This document shows, piece after piece, positions 26,501-54,826 of a stretch of DNA of 64,000 bases. A program made the position numbers and the translations under genes. The stretch's first letter is position 1. Every line of letters starts with the position of its first letter. Below the pieces are notes generated by a model. That model was not told where the DNA came from. It ran no database searches and worked only from the letters and a program-made list of their open reading frames with translations. Location of the stretch: the NCBI GenBank assembly GCA_963693365.1, contig CAVNZM010000001.1, forward strand, positions 12,364,161 to 12,428,160. The letters run 5' to 3'. The DNA is from Amoebidium appalachense (taxonomy: Eukaryota; Protista; Ichthyosporea).

Positions 26501-26783
26501 CGGATCCCTGCAACCTTCCTTCTGTTACTTTCCTCACTTCCTCTCCCCTCCTGTCGTCCCCATATTTCTTGATGACTCTATACCTCCCTCCTTCCCTTAG
26601 CCGTTAGCCCTTAGCCGTGTTCTCTTTGAACCCTTCGCCACTTTCCCTTATTCAGGGATGTTAATGCACAAACGCAAGATTGTTTTTCTTTGCCAAATAC
26701 ACAATCGGGCATGCACACACACGCCCACTCTCTCCACACACACGCACACACGTGCGCGCCACATACGCTATGCATATCCACAA

Positions 26784-26818
<35 letters not shown>

Positions 26819-27371
26819 TTTTTATATATATATAAAAAAAAAAGAAAAAAGAAAAAAGAAAAGAAAATGAAAGGAAGGAAGAACAAGAAAAATAACACGC
26901 CTTTACTTGCACCTTGCTCTTCCGTCTGCTCCCCCCCCCCCCCCCCCCCTCCCTTGGTGCCTCGGCCTTCCGCACGTCCCTTCCCCTCCCGCCTTTAAAA
27001 TACTCAACCCACCTCCTGAACCCCCCCCCCCCCCCCCCCCACCCCCACCCATCCCCTCACCCACCCACACATACACCGACCCCCCCCCCCCCCCCCCCCC
27101 CCCCCACCCCACCCTCCCCTGGTGTTAACGACACGGTCCAGTCACATGCCCTTACCTCACTTGCCCTACTGTTTTGAGTATTAATCACTGATAAATTTAT
27201 ATTTCTGCAAGCTCTATTTTTTGATTATCGACCACTAATAAATTTAAATTTCTGCAACGTGCTTAGGTATCCGCCCATTAACAAGTTGCCACCATCGTCA
27301 GTATGGAGGGAAGAGGATTCGATCACCACCGTTATATCGTTAAAGAAAAGGGCTTTGGAATTCGGTAGGTG

Positions 27372-27428
<57 letters not shown>

Positions 27429-27591
27429 CACTCGCACTCGCACTCGCACTCGGACACACACACACACTCTCTCTCTCTCTCGCTCTCTCTCTCTCTCTCG
27501 CTCCCCCCCCCCCCCCTCGCTCCCTCTTTATATACCCCCACCCACCCACACACACACATACACACTCTCGCCCTCACACAGACACACACAG

Positions 27592-27623
<32 letters not shown>

Positions 27624-28690
27624 GCACACACATCCTCACAACTTCCTCCCTCTCTCCCTCCCTCCTGTCTCCCTCCCTCCCTAGTACCCTCCACGGCCCC
27701 TCTCCCCCCCTTATCCTAGTTCACCCCCACTATTTGAGGCATACTGATAGGAAGAGCTTTGCACACATCCAAAAAGATGCACCTGGATCTCCAAACATGC
27801 TTACAAGCCCATGAGCTCTCACACGTAGACATACGAAACATATATTCTGTGTCTACATGATATAGTACACTTGCGATTGTGAACACACACACACACACAC
27901 ACACACACATGGCAGAGCACGCACACATAATGGCATGTCGGAAAACCAGGTGGAGGCATTGCTCGGAGGCTTATTTGGAGGAGGGTGAGGGGGAAGTAAC
28001 CGGGGAGGGGGCTGGAGAGAGAGAGGGGGGGGGGGGGGGGGGGGGGGGAGGGGGGAAGACGGGGAAGGGGCCGAGAAATGATGGCGTGATTAGGCAAAGG
28101 AGATGGGGTTGGGATGGGAAGATTTTTGTTGGGGTGTGTGCTCTCAGGGGGAGGGGAGAGAAGGAAGAACACGTGAGTTTGGTGAAAGACTTTAGTCTCA
28201 GGTGGGCAAAGAAGGGATTAGTGTGTTATAGGATGCCAAAGTTCTGGCGGTCTTGGCTGTGATCTGAGTATTGGAAGGGGGTGTGGTGGGGCAGGGAGGG
28301 AAAAAGAAAGGGAGTGTTTGGAAGAACAAAGAAAGGGTGGAAGTGTTTGTGTGTTTGGGGAGCGGGGGAGGGAGGGGGAGGGGGGGGGGGGGGGGGGGAA
28401 GGAAGAGTATGCGTAAAGACACAGTCGGCTAAATCCCGGCTGAGAGGTTCTTCTGTTTGATTTTGATGTGGGCTGGGAAACGGAATGCAGAGGATGCAGG
28501 CAAAAGGGGTTGTAAAGGGGGACTTCGGGGGGGGGGGGGGGGGGTAATATGAGTCTCAGATATATGTATGCTGACGTGTGTACTCTGTCAACCAGGTAAG
28601 GTTGTGGGCATGCAGGCTGTGCCCTCTGTGCACCTCAAGGGCAGCACCTACATGTTTAGCATCTACGACGTCGGAACAAACTATGTGCGT

Positions 28691-28728
<38 letters not shown>

Positions 28729-29240
28729 ATTGCTGATGTTGCATACTTGAATGTTTGCCTTTGCCTGTGTCCTGCACCATGCTTCTCATCGTGTATGTAT
28801 ACTTCGTACCGTGTTCCGCATTCAAACCCCCCCCCCCCCCCCCCCCCCCTCATATTTCCGGCTGACATCCGGGGGCATAGCTTTCCGTTCGAAGATGTTA
28901 AAGTCCCTCCCTAATAGACCTGTTACTACCCTGCGGTGTGGGTCAATTCTTATATTTTCCCCTCTGATTGCGAATTCTGCGGCCTTCGGGACTTAAATCT
29001 TTTCAGCTGGTGTGGTATGTTAGCCAGGGAAGTATCGACTAAGGTAGCGACGGGGGAGCTTCCTAGAAGTTCCGTCTCCTGAGTTCCTATCTATAATTTT
29101 CTTGCTTCTGCTTACTGCTGCAACTTTAACCCCCGGCCTTTCCCACTGCCCTTGCCTGCATAAGTAACCCTGCTCGTCTCTGATCAAGACGGGTGACCCA
29201 CCCATGTTCAAGTGAAACAGTATCTGAGTTGGGTTTCGTT

Positions 29241-29400
29241 AACGAGGTGAATGGGTCGAAACTCGGGTACTGTGGATGACGTGGGGCCCCCCTGAGGATG
29301 GACTCTGCTTATTATGCATACTCTTTGTGTATGGTTTGCACTCTGCATCGTGTTATCCGTTGTTCTTGTGTACTTCGCACTTTATGATGCATTCAACCCC
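29241..29400 (+). repeat. Dispersed repeat (family E), second copy at 60711-60935
   Basis: ACGAGGTGAATGGG..AAACTCGGGTACTGTGGAT...ATGCATACTCT...TGGTTTGCACTCT...CTTCGCAC...GCATTCAAC shared; partial copies near 28730-28830, 30030-30090, 60173-60215. Confidence 0.7.
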
Positions 29401-29411
29401 CCTCCCCCCCC

Positions 29412-29446
<35 letters not shown>

Positions 29447-29518
29447 CCCCCGCATACTCTCTGCGTGTGCTCTGCAACCTTTGCATTGTGTCGTCCTTGT
29501 GAATGTGAAAGTGCTTTC

Positions 29519-29564
<46 letters not shown>

Positions 29565-29795
29565 GGGGTGAAACCGACTGTTGCAATGTTCTTGGACTTT
29601 TTGTTTTAGCTCTCAATCGCCTACCCCTGCCTGCACAGACACGTCCACACATGCGCACACACACACATAAAGGCAAATACGCACAAATGAACAGCGACCC
29701 AACCCATATACTCACACGAACCATCTTTTTTCCGGCCTCTTTCAAATCCCCCCCCCCCCCTCCCCCCCCCCCGCTGGCCCACACGGCCACGCACG

Positions 29796-29855
<60 letters not shown>

Positions 29856-29868
29856 CACACACACACAT

Positions 29869-29953
<85 letters not shown>

Positions 29954-30497
29954 CACACCCATATACACATCCACACACGAATGCCCCCCTTTCCCCCTCC
30001 CCTCTCCCTCACCCCTTCTGGGCTGGTACGGTTGCATACTCTGTGTGGGATGCTTGCATTTCAGCACTCTCTTATCCGTTGTGAAGTTGTGCTCACACTA
30101 TTTATCCCATTCTAACCCTTCCCACCTCCCTCCACTCTCCTCTTGGCCCACCATGTACACACCCACCCACACATACGTACACACAAATGCATGCATGCAT
30201 GCATGGTGCATGATGCATGCGCACAAACTCACAGACTCGCGCATACACACACGCACGCACATACACATACGTATGCACACACGAACATACACACGCATGC
30301 GGTCACGTCGACAAGCAGGTGCACACAGCACACACACTCACTCCCACTCCCCCCCCCCCCCCCCCCCCCCCCCCCACACACACACACAAACACACACATC
30401 CATACACACCTACATGCACACACACACCCTCCCTTACACACACACACACACGCGCGCGCGCGCGCGCGCGCGCGCGCGAGTACACCACACGTCGATA

Positions 30498-30529
<32 letters not shown>

Positions 30530-31449
30530 GTACACACACGTACACAGCACATAGCCATCTGTAGTGAAGCCTCATCCGACGCTATCCACGAAGTCGACAC
30601 TGTGCTGATAGACAGGGAGGTGACGGCCATAATCGACGAGCTTCAAACCCTGATGCAGTCCCTCCTCCCAAAGAGACCCCCCCGATAGCTCACCCCCTAA
30701 TAACTACTCTATTGAAGTTTCACTCCCTTGAACCCCTCCCCCCCCCCCGGCCAGATAGCTCACCCCTACATAGCAGTATTATTATGCCAGAGGGATGCGC
30801 TTGGATGAATATAACAACTCTTCCCATCCCCCTCATCCCCCCTCCCCCTTCCGCTGGATCGTAAGAAATGATAAGGATACGTTAAGACAGATCCTCCCTC
30901 CCCCTCCTCCCCCTGTCTCTTACGAAGATAATAGATCCTACCCAATGTTCTTTTGGTTCGTAATGCCGATAAGTCAACTAATAGGTGCATAGTCTTGTGA
31001 ATGGTAATGCTCAGCCCTCTGCTAGTTATAATAAGTTTAAGTGATGAGTGAATCAGATTGCGATTCCCAACTAGCTATTCTGATTTATTTTATTGAACGA
31101 CATGTTTGTCTGGAGAAATGCAAGTGGCTATGTGAATAGAGCTTACAGTAGGGTCCCAGGATGTAGTAATGTTTGGGGTCTCAGCTTTAAGGCCTTTCTT
31201 GATTCCGTTTTTGTTTTTGCCTCAGGGATGCCTATGGGCGCATTTTTTCCCTTTTTTGGCTGCAGCGGGCCCTGGGGGGGGGGGGGGGGGGGGGGGGGGG
31301 GGAGGGGGAAGGGGGGGGAGGGGGGAGGGGGCGGGGAGACGGGGGGACTGAAAAAGATGCGAGTGATTTGCGATTTTTAAGTTGGGATTAGAAGCATGAA
31401 GTTGTTCTGCTACATGTCTTTCGATGATTTACTGTTGAATGTATGGTTA

Positions 31450-31690
31450 CATAATATACATATGGTGGGTAGGCGGCAGGGTGGTGTTGCGGCATGTGTG
31501 TATGTGATAACGTTGGGTATCGAATAAAGTGCACTGTTTCCGTTTTAAAAACCCTTTGGGCACACTAAAAGTTTGTAGTTCAACGTTCAACGTTGTTGTG
31601 AAAGAAACTTCCCATAGCAACACCTGCACATCCCACCCCCCACCCCTCTGTCCCCCCTTTTCCACGCACACTACAGAAGTGAGTCGCACA
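31450..31690 (-). mobile_element. Old fragment of the same RNase H-LINE clade as 49869-52500
   Basis: Colinear peptides VEKG / NVELQTF / RNTTLPPTH match VERG / TVELQSF / RNTTLPPTH at 50790-50955. Confidence 0.5.
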
Positions 31691-31809
31691 CACGAAAAAA
31701 TTTGAGTAGCGCTAGTACGGCTCACAGTCATGGACTCACGGTGTGTGACCCAAATCTCAGGCGCATGCGTGCGTGCGCGCGTGTACACACACACACATGT
31801 ACACACACT

Positions 31810-31897
<88 letters not shown>

Positions 31898-32014
31898 GAG
31901 AGAGAAAGAGAGATCGATAAAGATAAAGAGAGAGAGGGACGGTCATGTGCGTGCAACGTACATGTTCACACAGGCACACACGTGTTGTCGCGCACGAATA
32001 TCCACAACTTGAAC

Positions 32015-32824
32015 TGTTATGTATTTGTATTGCCCCCACAACACAGAAGAGGGGCACGGCGAAAATAATCACTTGTTCTTGCACAGTAGTGGGGTGGTGT
32101 AAGCCACTGGCCCGGGGTGAAGGGCAGTGTAGGCTCACAGTCAGCACCGGGGTGAAGGTGCAGGGAGGCCCTGGGTGAAGGGCAGGCAGGCCCGGGTGAA
32201 GGGCAGGAAGGAACCGTGGGTGAAGGGTAGTAATGGGGGTTGACGAAGCAGCCCGGGGTGAAGGGCTGTCGACCTTAGGCCACAGGGGAGTCGTCGCCGG
32301 AAGTAGTCTTGATGTGATCGAAAGCCGAGTGAGTGCAGTCTGACTGAATGGCGCCGGGAGTACGAGTTTATATACCCACTGAGTGTACTAGAGTCGGCGC
32401 TGCCGATTGGTGGATCTCACTTCTGCTGACATCCGATTGGCTGCGAGGTGTCGCAGTTTTTGTTTGCCCCTTTTCCTGACATGATGGAATAGTGATGGGT
32501 GCATAGAGCTTCCCGTGGTCTTACTTACACAAGCATTCATGAAGCCCCCAGTATAAGTGTTGAAATATCTTAGGCATTGACTTGTAATCGTCTTTGCCAT
32601 TTTTCTCTCTCGTCTTGCCGCATGTTAGGTAGCTGGGCCAAAGCATAGTTGAAGTTCACGTTCTATTGCCCTCCTCTCTTAGCCTCTTCGGATGGCTTGG
32701 CTGGCGTGTTCACATTGGAATGTAGAAATCTGTATTTCGTGTTCTTTTAGTGCAATCTCCCTGCACCCAGGGGTATCGGGGGACGTTGCCGGAGCCGAGT
32801 ACACTTTGGCACAGTTGCATAACA
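32015..32824 (-). mobile_element. Single family A (Gypsy) LTR in inverted orientation
   Basis: Reverse complement of 13044-13894, with TGTTATG/CATAACA ends; flanks TGAAC (32010-32014) and ACAAG (32825-32829). Confidence 0.9.
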
Positions 32825-33060
32825 ACAAGTGCCGCAGATATACTGTATGATGGGAATAAGCCCCAAGATTCTGCTGGCTGCTTATTGTAGCCTTCGACAA
32901 TAATTATATTCAAAGCTATTGGTGCCAAATAATTAAGTACTTTTGTAAACTGATAAAAAAGAACTGAAGACAATCCAGTCAAAAGAAAAAAAAAAATCCA
33001 GTCAAAAGAAAAATTTTCATGACTTCACTATCACTTCGATCTCTTAGCTGTCACGTCAAC

Positions 33061-33912
33061 TTTTTTTCCCGATTCTTCACCATGGCAGGTTTTTGAAGGC
33101 TTTCGTTTCTTCTTTTTGTGTTGGGAGGGAGTCCCACTCAGGGGAACGTGACTGCAGCGTGTGTGTGGTGTGGCCTGGTGTATTCCTACTGCTGTGAGAG
33201 TGTGGGGGCATCTCCCTTTCGCGGAGTTTCTCGCTTGAGAAGTGGTTTCTTCAACGCCTGGTGGTCCACTGCAACCTATGGTAACTTCTACACGCTGTCT
33301 ACGCTTCTACGCGACCTATTGGCGGTGGGCTGCTGCAACTTCTTCAGCTACTTCTGCGCTGCGTGAGTGGAGGGGCAGCTACTTGGTCGTCGGGGAGCTT
33401 TCCAAGTGACTGCCAGTCCTTAGCCTCCAGTCGTACGGCAATGACCGGGTTTGCTTGCATGCATTCTGTAATTGTGTTTTTCTGTGTACCCTGCCACAAC
33501 TAGGCCGCCTTGTTATCAGAGAGCTAGATGCAGTTTCTCCAGGTTATCTAGGGGCCGGGCCCGTCGGGATTGCTTTTTAGCTCAGATTTGGTCTGCATTG
33601 CTCTTTTAGAGGCTGACTTGCTTGCTGTGCCTCGGTAGGTTTTGAGGGGGGGCTGTTGGGAAGGAGCAGTAATGATGTCTTCTTGCGGAGTGTGGTCTGG
33701 TCAACATCGATGCATATGACTAGTTGGGGCAAACTAGTTTCACGCATACACGTACACTTAAGGTTTTGCCCGCTGGTGTCCTTTGTCACTTGTTGCTTTA
33801 TTTTTATTTCGTAGCTTTGGCTTTTTCAGTTCTATTGGTGGTTATGTAGCCTGTGGCTGCACGTTGCCTTCATCAACGGATCAATAAACCCGAGTCAAAA
33901 GAAAAGAAAAAA
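33061..33912 (+). mobile_element. Probable decayed LINE 3' fragment related to family D
   Basis: Ends AATAAACCCGAGTCAAAAGAAAAGAAAAAA, resembling the family D terminus; no intact ORF; 5' boundary approximate. Confidence 0.4.
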
Positions 33913-33974
33913 TTCATGGTTTACAATCCCCCGAAGCAATTGAAATACATATTCGACTCTGTTCGTACTTATTC

Positions 33975-35230
33975 TTGTGTCATGCACCAGATGCTTCGTC
34001 AGGTGGATCAATGGTGCACCAAGAATCTCATGACAGTCGGAATTGCAAAGTGTGCTACTTTTTTCGAAAAAACGCTTCCTTTCGATTGGCCGGTCTTCCT
34101 ATTCCTGTTCAGAGCACCTATGACTACTTGGGTATTCCTTTTACTGCACGGGGTATTGATTTCCGCAAGCTCCTCACGGCACGGATCGCTCGTGTGAAGG
34201 GTAAGCTTCACATCGTGTCAAATATGTTTCAACGGGAGTCTGTGATCCATCCTGCGAACCTTCTTCTCTACTATAAAACTTTTTACGGCCGACTTTCGAA
34301 TATGGACTTCCGCTATTGGCCTGCGCCCCACCTCGCGAGGCGGCCGTGGCGCTGAAAGAGTTCGACGATTTTCAGGGTACTGTGCTGCGCACTTTGTTTC
34401 GTACTCGGTTTGTGCCTCCCTTAATCAGTATGTTTGGATTGTCGTCTGCTGTTTGTTGTATGGAGGAATTGTCTCTTCGTTTTTGTTTTCATTTATTTAG
34501 GATACCTGATGGTCACCCTGTTTATGCTTTCTTTCCCCCCGGCCCATCCCTCCATCCCTCTTCCCCCCCGATTCACCAACGCCACTTCTGAATGTCCTCA
34601 GCCTACCCTCTTTCAACCTGATTCCCTCTTTCTTTTCTCTTCCTGTTTTTTTCTGCCTTTTCGAGTTATTACCATACGCAGTATAAGTTTCTTTCTCGTT
34701 CTGATAGAGAAATCAAAGGTAAAACTCAGTCGACATGTGTTATGTTCCTTAGGCAACACCGTACTGAGCATTATCGCTTTTTGGGAGCTTTGGCAGGATA
34801 CATTTCTCCTGCTGTACGTATGGATACCACCCTAGTAGATAAGTCTGTATGGTGCTCTGATGTTGATATTGCCTGGGAAGTTGTGCAGTGGCGTTGTAAT
34901 TCTTGTTTCCATCGCCGCTGGTGCAAGTCTTTTGTGCTGAACTTTTTAATCCAAAGCATGTTGATAGATGTGTATTTTTATGTCGCGTTTTACCTCTTTC
35001 CCTACGGGTGTCTGCTACACTGGCTGGCAATGTGAACACTTTAGACTTTTTATTGAATTCTGTTGGTCGTCACATTGAGTATTTATATGATTTTCACACA
35101 GTGTTCAGGTATCTCAGTATGAACTTGTTACTGGATAACTCGTGAAGTTGTTATTGTCTTCTCAGTATGCCGTGCATACTTGCATATCTTTCCGTCGAAT
35201 AAATCCAGTCAAAAGGGAAGAAAAAAAAAA
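33975..35230 (+). mobile_element. 5'-truncated, frameshifted LINE (family D): RT C-terminal/thumb region through poly(A)
   Basis: QVDQWCTKNLMTVGIAKC and YDYLGIPF (non-LTR RT domains 6-7); 3' end AATAAATCCAGTCAAAAGGGAAG(A)n; second copy at 18814-19357. Confidence 0.8.
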
Positions 35231-35470
35231 CCGAAGTGCGTGCCATGAGAAAGTCAGTTCGAAATTTTTCGAATTCCATGTGAACACACACCAAACCATT
35301 GGATTGAATATTTTTAGATCCCGCTTTTCCATTAAAATGCATCAATACATTTTTGCACTTGTAGATCAGTGATATTTATCGCCTTAATCAAATTAATCCA
35401 ATCCGGAATTCCTTAGATCAAGAATTCCGGCGAGATCAAGACATTCAGCGCGAGACCGTACAAGACCGCA

Positions 35471-35480
35471 GATATAAAAG
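35471..35480 (+). promoter_or_regulatory. TATA-like box of receptor copy 2
   Basis: GATATAAAAG about 160 bp upstream of ATG 35637. Confidence 0.4.
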
Positions 35481-35636
35481 CGAGACCCCGCGCACTTTCC
35501 AGCCAGTTTTTCACCATTTCGTGGCTAAAACAGGCACGGAACCGCTTTCAATTACACTGAACTCCCACTACCCACTACGAGAACACTTTGCTAGTTTTCT
35601 TCTCGGAGTAGTTAGTTATCGTGGCGGTACTGCAAG

Positions 35637-49665
<14,029 letters not shown>

Positions 49666-49868
49666 TCGTAAGAACTATTAACAGGTATGATCACGTGATA
49701 TACCGGTTTGCCTCTTAAACTTTAGCATGTCATTTTAAAGTTTAAAGCGGCGGCTACGGTGTAGTCGTGACCATTCACCAGGCGTGCAGTCTGTTGTGAA
49801 TGAATAATAAAGTTATATAAAAATGATTTAAATCCGTATATCCATACCTAAAACCTTTAGGCACCCCC

Positions 49869-52500
49869 TTTTTTATTTTTTTTTATTTTATCACGTTTTG
49901 TTCCCGGAGAGCCTCTCCAGGCCCTCTAGGGAAACCACCGTCTACCACACAGGTTGTGACCTAACTATAAGTACACGCTTTGCCCAGGGCTACTACCCCA
50001 GCCACGCCGGCAGGAGGCTCCAGTCCTCCCCTCCATTCAAATCTAAGCAATAAACGTTAACCGAGGGCTCTCTTTGGTCGATCTACAGTATTGTGAAGTC
50101 CTAAGTGTTGTGTATAGTATTTACGGTGGGTATGGGTGGATGATGGGGTGTGGTGATGGTGGTGGTGGGGGGTTGCTACCTAACATTATGTGTTGTACGT
50201 ATCTTGCGGCAATGTTTTTGTGAACCAAAAGGTGGGTTTTGCAAGGCACATTGGGTCTGTGTGTGGTCCGGCAGTCAGGGCAGGCAGGCCGGATGTGTGT
50301 GGGGGCTGTATTTGTGTGTGTCTTGCAATTGGGTTTTTGGGGTGCCGTGCTTTTCTTTCTACGGGTGCTGGTTGTATGGTGGTTATCAGAATAAATTTGG
50401 AGCAGAGGCAGGATTCGGTCTTGTGAACTCTGTAAGAGACAATCACTTCTACATAGCGGATCGAGAGTACAGTAGAGAGGTACGCAGGAAGTGGTTTGAG
50501 ATCTCGGATCCTCCGGTACCATCTGAGGATGGTCCGGCTGCTTTATATATCTGCGCGGATGCCAGGCCGCAAATACATCGTCCAATAGAATTACAAATAG
50601 TCTCTCAGGATAGATCGGGACTATGTACTAGCCAATAGGAAGACAGTTATGGTTCCTGGCGTATGCGGACCCAGGCGGTCCCCAAGTACGCGGGGGCGGG
50701 ATAGGCGGGAACAGGCTAAGTACGTGACTGGGAAGAGCAGGAATAAACAGATAGACTATTCTATCATAACAGTGGTGTTTTTGCATTTTGGGGTGGGTGG
50801 GGGGTAGTGTGGTGTTCCGTGGGTGCCATATTTTTGAAAAGAAAAAAGACTGCAACTCTACTGTGATTTTTCCTAAGATGGCCCGGGTGGTGGTCTTGGT
50901 GGTGCCGGTGGCTGTGGGCCTAAAGATCGCGGGCAGGACCCTCGTTCAACCCACTTGATGTCCTCAGTGTCTGGTGGGTCACCGTTGCCTCCTATCCAGT
51001 TTATCCATGCACATTGGTCTACCACCTTGGCTGCCGTGTGTTGGTGCTGTGCCGTGGGGGTGCTCAGGACGTTGTGGATGCAGGCTGTGATGGCCGTGGT
51101 CAGGGTGGGGACCTCCCCGGCGTGGGCCGGGCAGGAAAAGAGGTGGGTGGTGGTCTCCGGGTGCTGGCTGCATCGGGGGCATGTGGGCTGTGTAACGACG
51201 GTGGGGTGATCTCGGTGTAGTCGTGTCATGGTAGCCTAGGGTGCCCATAGCCAGGGACAGGCTACGAGTGTTGCCTCTGACGGCCCCGATGGTTGCCTGT
51301 GCGGGCCCCTTGTTGAGCTTAAGGGGGTTCCGTTCGGCTGGTAGCAGTCTGGGGTTGGCTAGTATGGACATAGCCTTGGTCTTGCCGGCCATGTCGGTGA
51401 GGATGTCCTTGTTCAACCGGTTCAGTGTACCGGGAATGTTGCCGGGGATACCTCGCCTTGTAGTCGTAGGAAGTATTTTTCCCCCCCCGGGGCCGGAGGT
51501 AGGGGGGGAGGGAGGGGGAGCGCCCTTCCTGCATTGGCTGCCTTGTCTGCCTCGTTATTCCATTGACCGTACCGGTTGGTGTTGGATTGGTGCCCCTTCA
51601 CCAACGATACTTGTACAAAGCCTGGTTGCCGTAGGGAGAGTTGGTCTCGTACATGGGCCCATTCCACTGTATGGGTGAATTTTAGCTTCCGTCGAGGGGG
51701 TGTGGTGGGGTCAATATTGGCCCCCCATCGGTCGACTACTCCAAGGTTGTCAAGCTTGATGTGGATGGGGGTGGTTGTGGGGGTGAGTACGGGAGGGCTA
51801 GTAGTACGTACCCCTGTGAGTTCGGCCTGGGTGGATGATAGGCCGTGTGGAGCCTGGTCTTGGCCGTCACTGGAGGTGCTTTTCGGTCCGTGGTGTCCAG
51901 CACAGCCCCGGCTCCGGCCTGGGCTGTCCTCCTGCCCGGGTGGGTGAGGCTGCCGTCCGTGTAAACGGTGATCGGTTGGCCTGGGGGGAGCAGGTTGATT
52001 TGCTGCTGCCACTCATCATAGGTGGCCTGGGGCACCAAGTCAGTGTAGGTGAGCCTACGGGGAGTGGGTGGGCTCGGCAGGTCAGCCGGGTGGGCCGTGC
52101 ACTTGTGTCCTGGTGGTGATCCCACCGGTGGTGGCTGCTGGGGTGGTGGTGGGCCGGGGAGGTCCCCCGGCAAAGGTGTGGCCTCCTCGTTGGCTTGTAG
52201 GTGGAGCATCTGGGGTGATGCCTGTTGGTGGGGGGGAAGATGCCGCCGAAAATGGTGTATCTTCCTCCACTGCTCGGCTGGGTAGGAGCCATCCTTCAGT
52301 GCGATGACTTGGTAGATGTTGATGCTGTCGGTGTTGATGAAGTCCTTATGGTATTTCGGGACTGCCGTGTGGGTGGTGATTCGGGTCTTGAAGGCCACAT
52401 AGGGGTCTGCCCGTATCACCTCCACAGCACGGGTCCACCCCAGACACTGCTTGTTGTGGGTGTTGTTATCGGCTGGGTTTATGCACCCCCAACACACCCC
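49869..52500 (-). mobile_element. 5'-truncated, frameshifted non-LTR retrotransposon with RNase H and CCHC zinc finger
   Basis: RNase H motifs VYTDGS, AGAG, SSTQAELTG, IKLDNLGVV, VKGHQ...WNNEADKAA (ORFs 51736-52497, 51422-52012); CPRCSQHPETTTHLFSC (50873-51229); IWHPRN; A-rich tail on the minus strand at 49869-49890. Confidence 0.82.
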
Positions 52501-52629
52501 TTTTTGCTTGCATGAATATTCTCCTCTCTACAAGGACCCAGGGAGTTCTCGGTTATCCCCCCCCCACCCCCCTCCAATAAATACACAAACTCTTTGTTCG
52601 GAGCCCTTGCCTCCCTTCCTTCCCTCCCC

Positions 52630-53951
<1,322 letters not shown>

Positions 53952-54257
53952 CACCCAACCACCCATCCCTTCTCCCCCCTCTTCCCTTGCCCTTTGCCAT
54001 CCTTCCATCCTCAAGCCAACCTCCCACCCACCTCCTTCCTCTCGCCCCTTCGCCATGCACATGTGCTACGACGTGCACAGGCTGCGCAGATCTGTGAGAT
54101 GCATCAAAGGTGGTGCCTAGGTTTCAAAAATGGAGCAGCTGACTCCACAAATAGACTGGCTAGGGCACCCCCCGGTTTTGTTTTGCCACGGTGTGAGATC
54201 ACGCTCGCGGCAGCCAGCGGCGCACACGAGCCGGGATTTTTATTGCGAGCTGCCTGA

Positions 54258-54710
54258 TCCAATCAACAATCCGCAAAAATGTCCAAATAAATACAAGCGG
54301 TAGCTATTTTTGGTTACCGAGACAAGGAATTCCAATCTGATTGGCGGACCTAAAATGTGTGCACAGGTAACCAATCACAAACGCGGTGCTTTTTGAGCCA
54401 ATCGACATGCGTCATTTAGAGCGAGGCAAAAAAGAAAACACAAAAATGCAAAGGAAGCCGAAGAATGCCAATTGACTTCTTGCGATTGTGTATAATTGAT
54501 ACAGCGTCAGTTGTTGCCAGTAAATGACAGTTAAATCAGAAAAATAATATTATTAGAGCCATTTTCTGTGTGTTATAGTCTGTAATTCTTGGTTGGTTTT
54601 ATCCTGTTGTCCCGGGCAATTCCCCCAACGACCGTTGGATCCGCGATAAACGGCTGCCGACGGAGCGGTCCAATCATCTTGACGCACAAACCGAAGTAAA
54701 TAAATACATG
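54258..54710 (+). promoter_or_regulatory. CCAAT-box cluster and TATA-like element upstream of the Agd3-like gene
   Basis: CCAATC/GATTGG at ~54259, 54339, 54371, 54398, 54670; TAAATAAATA at ~54697. Confidence 0.45.
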
Positions 54711-54826
54711 GTCCCAGCCTCATTTCAAGCACACATCACCACCACAGCAAACCCGTACGCAGCGAGAACCGTATCTTTAGCGGTCTCGCTCTGTTACGGC
54801 AGGTCGTGTTTTGTGTTCTTTAGAAA

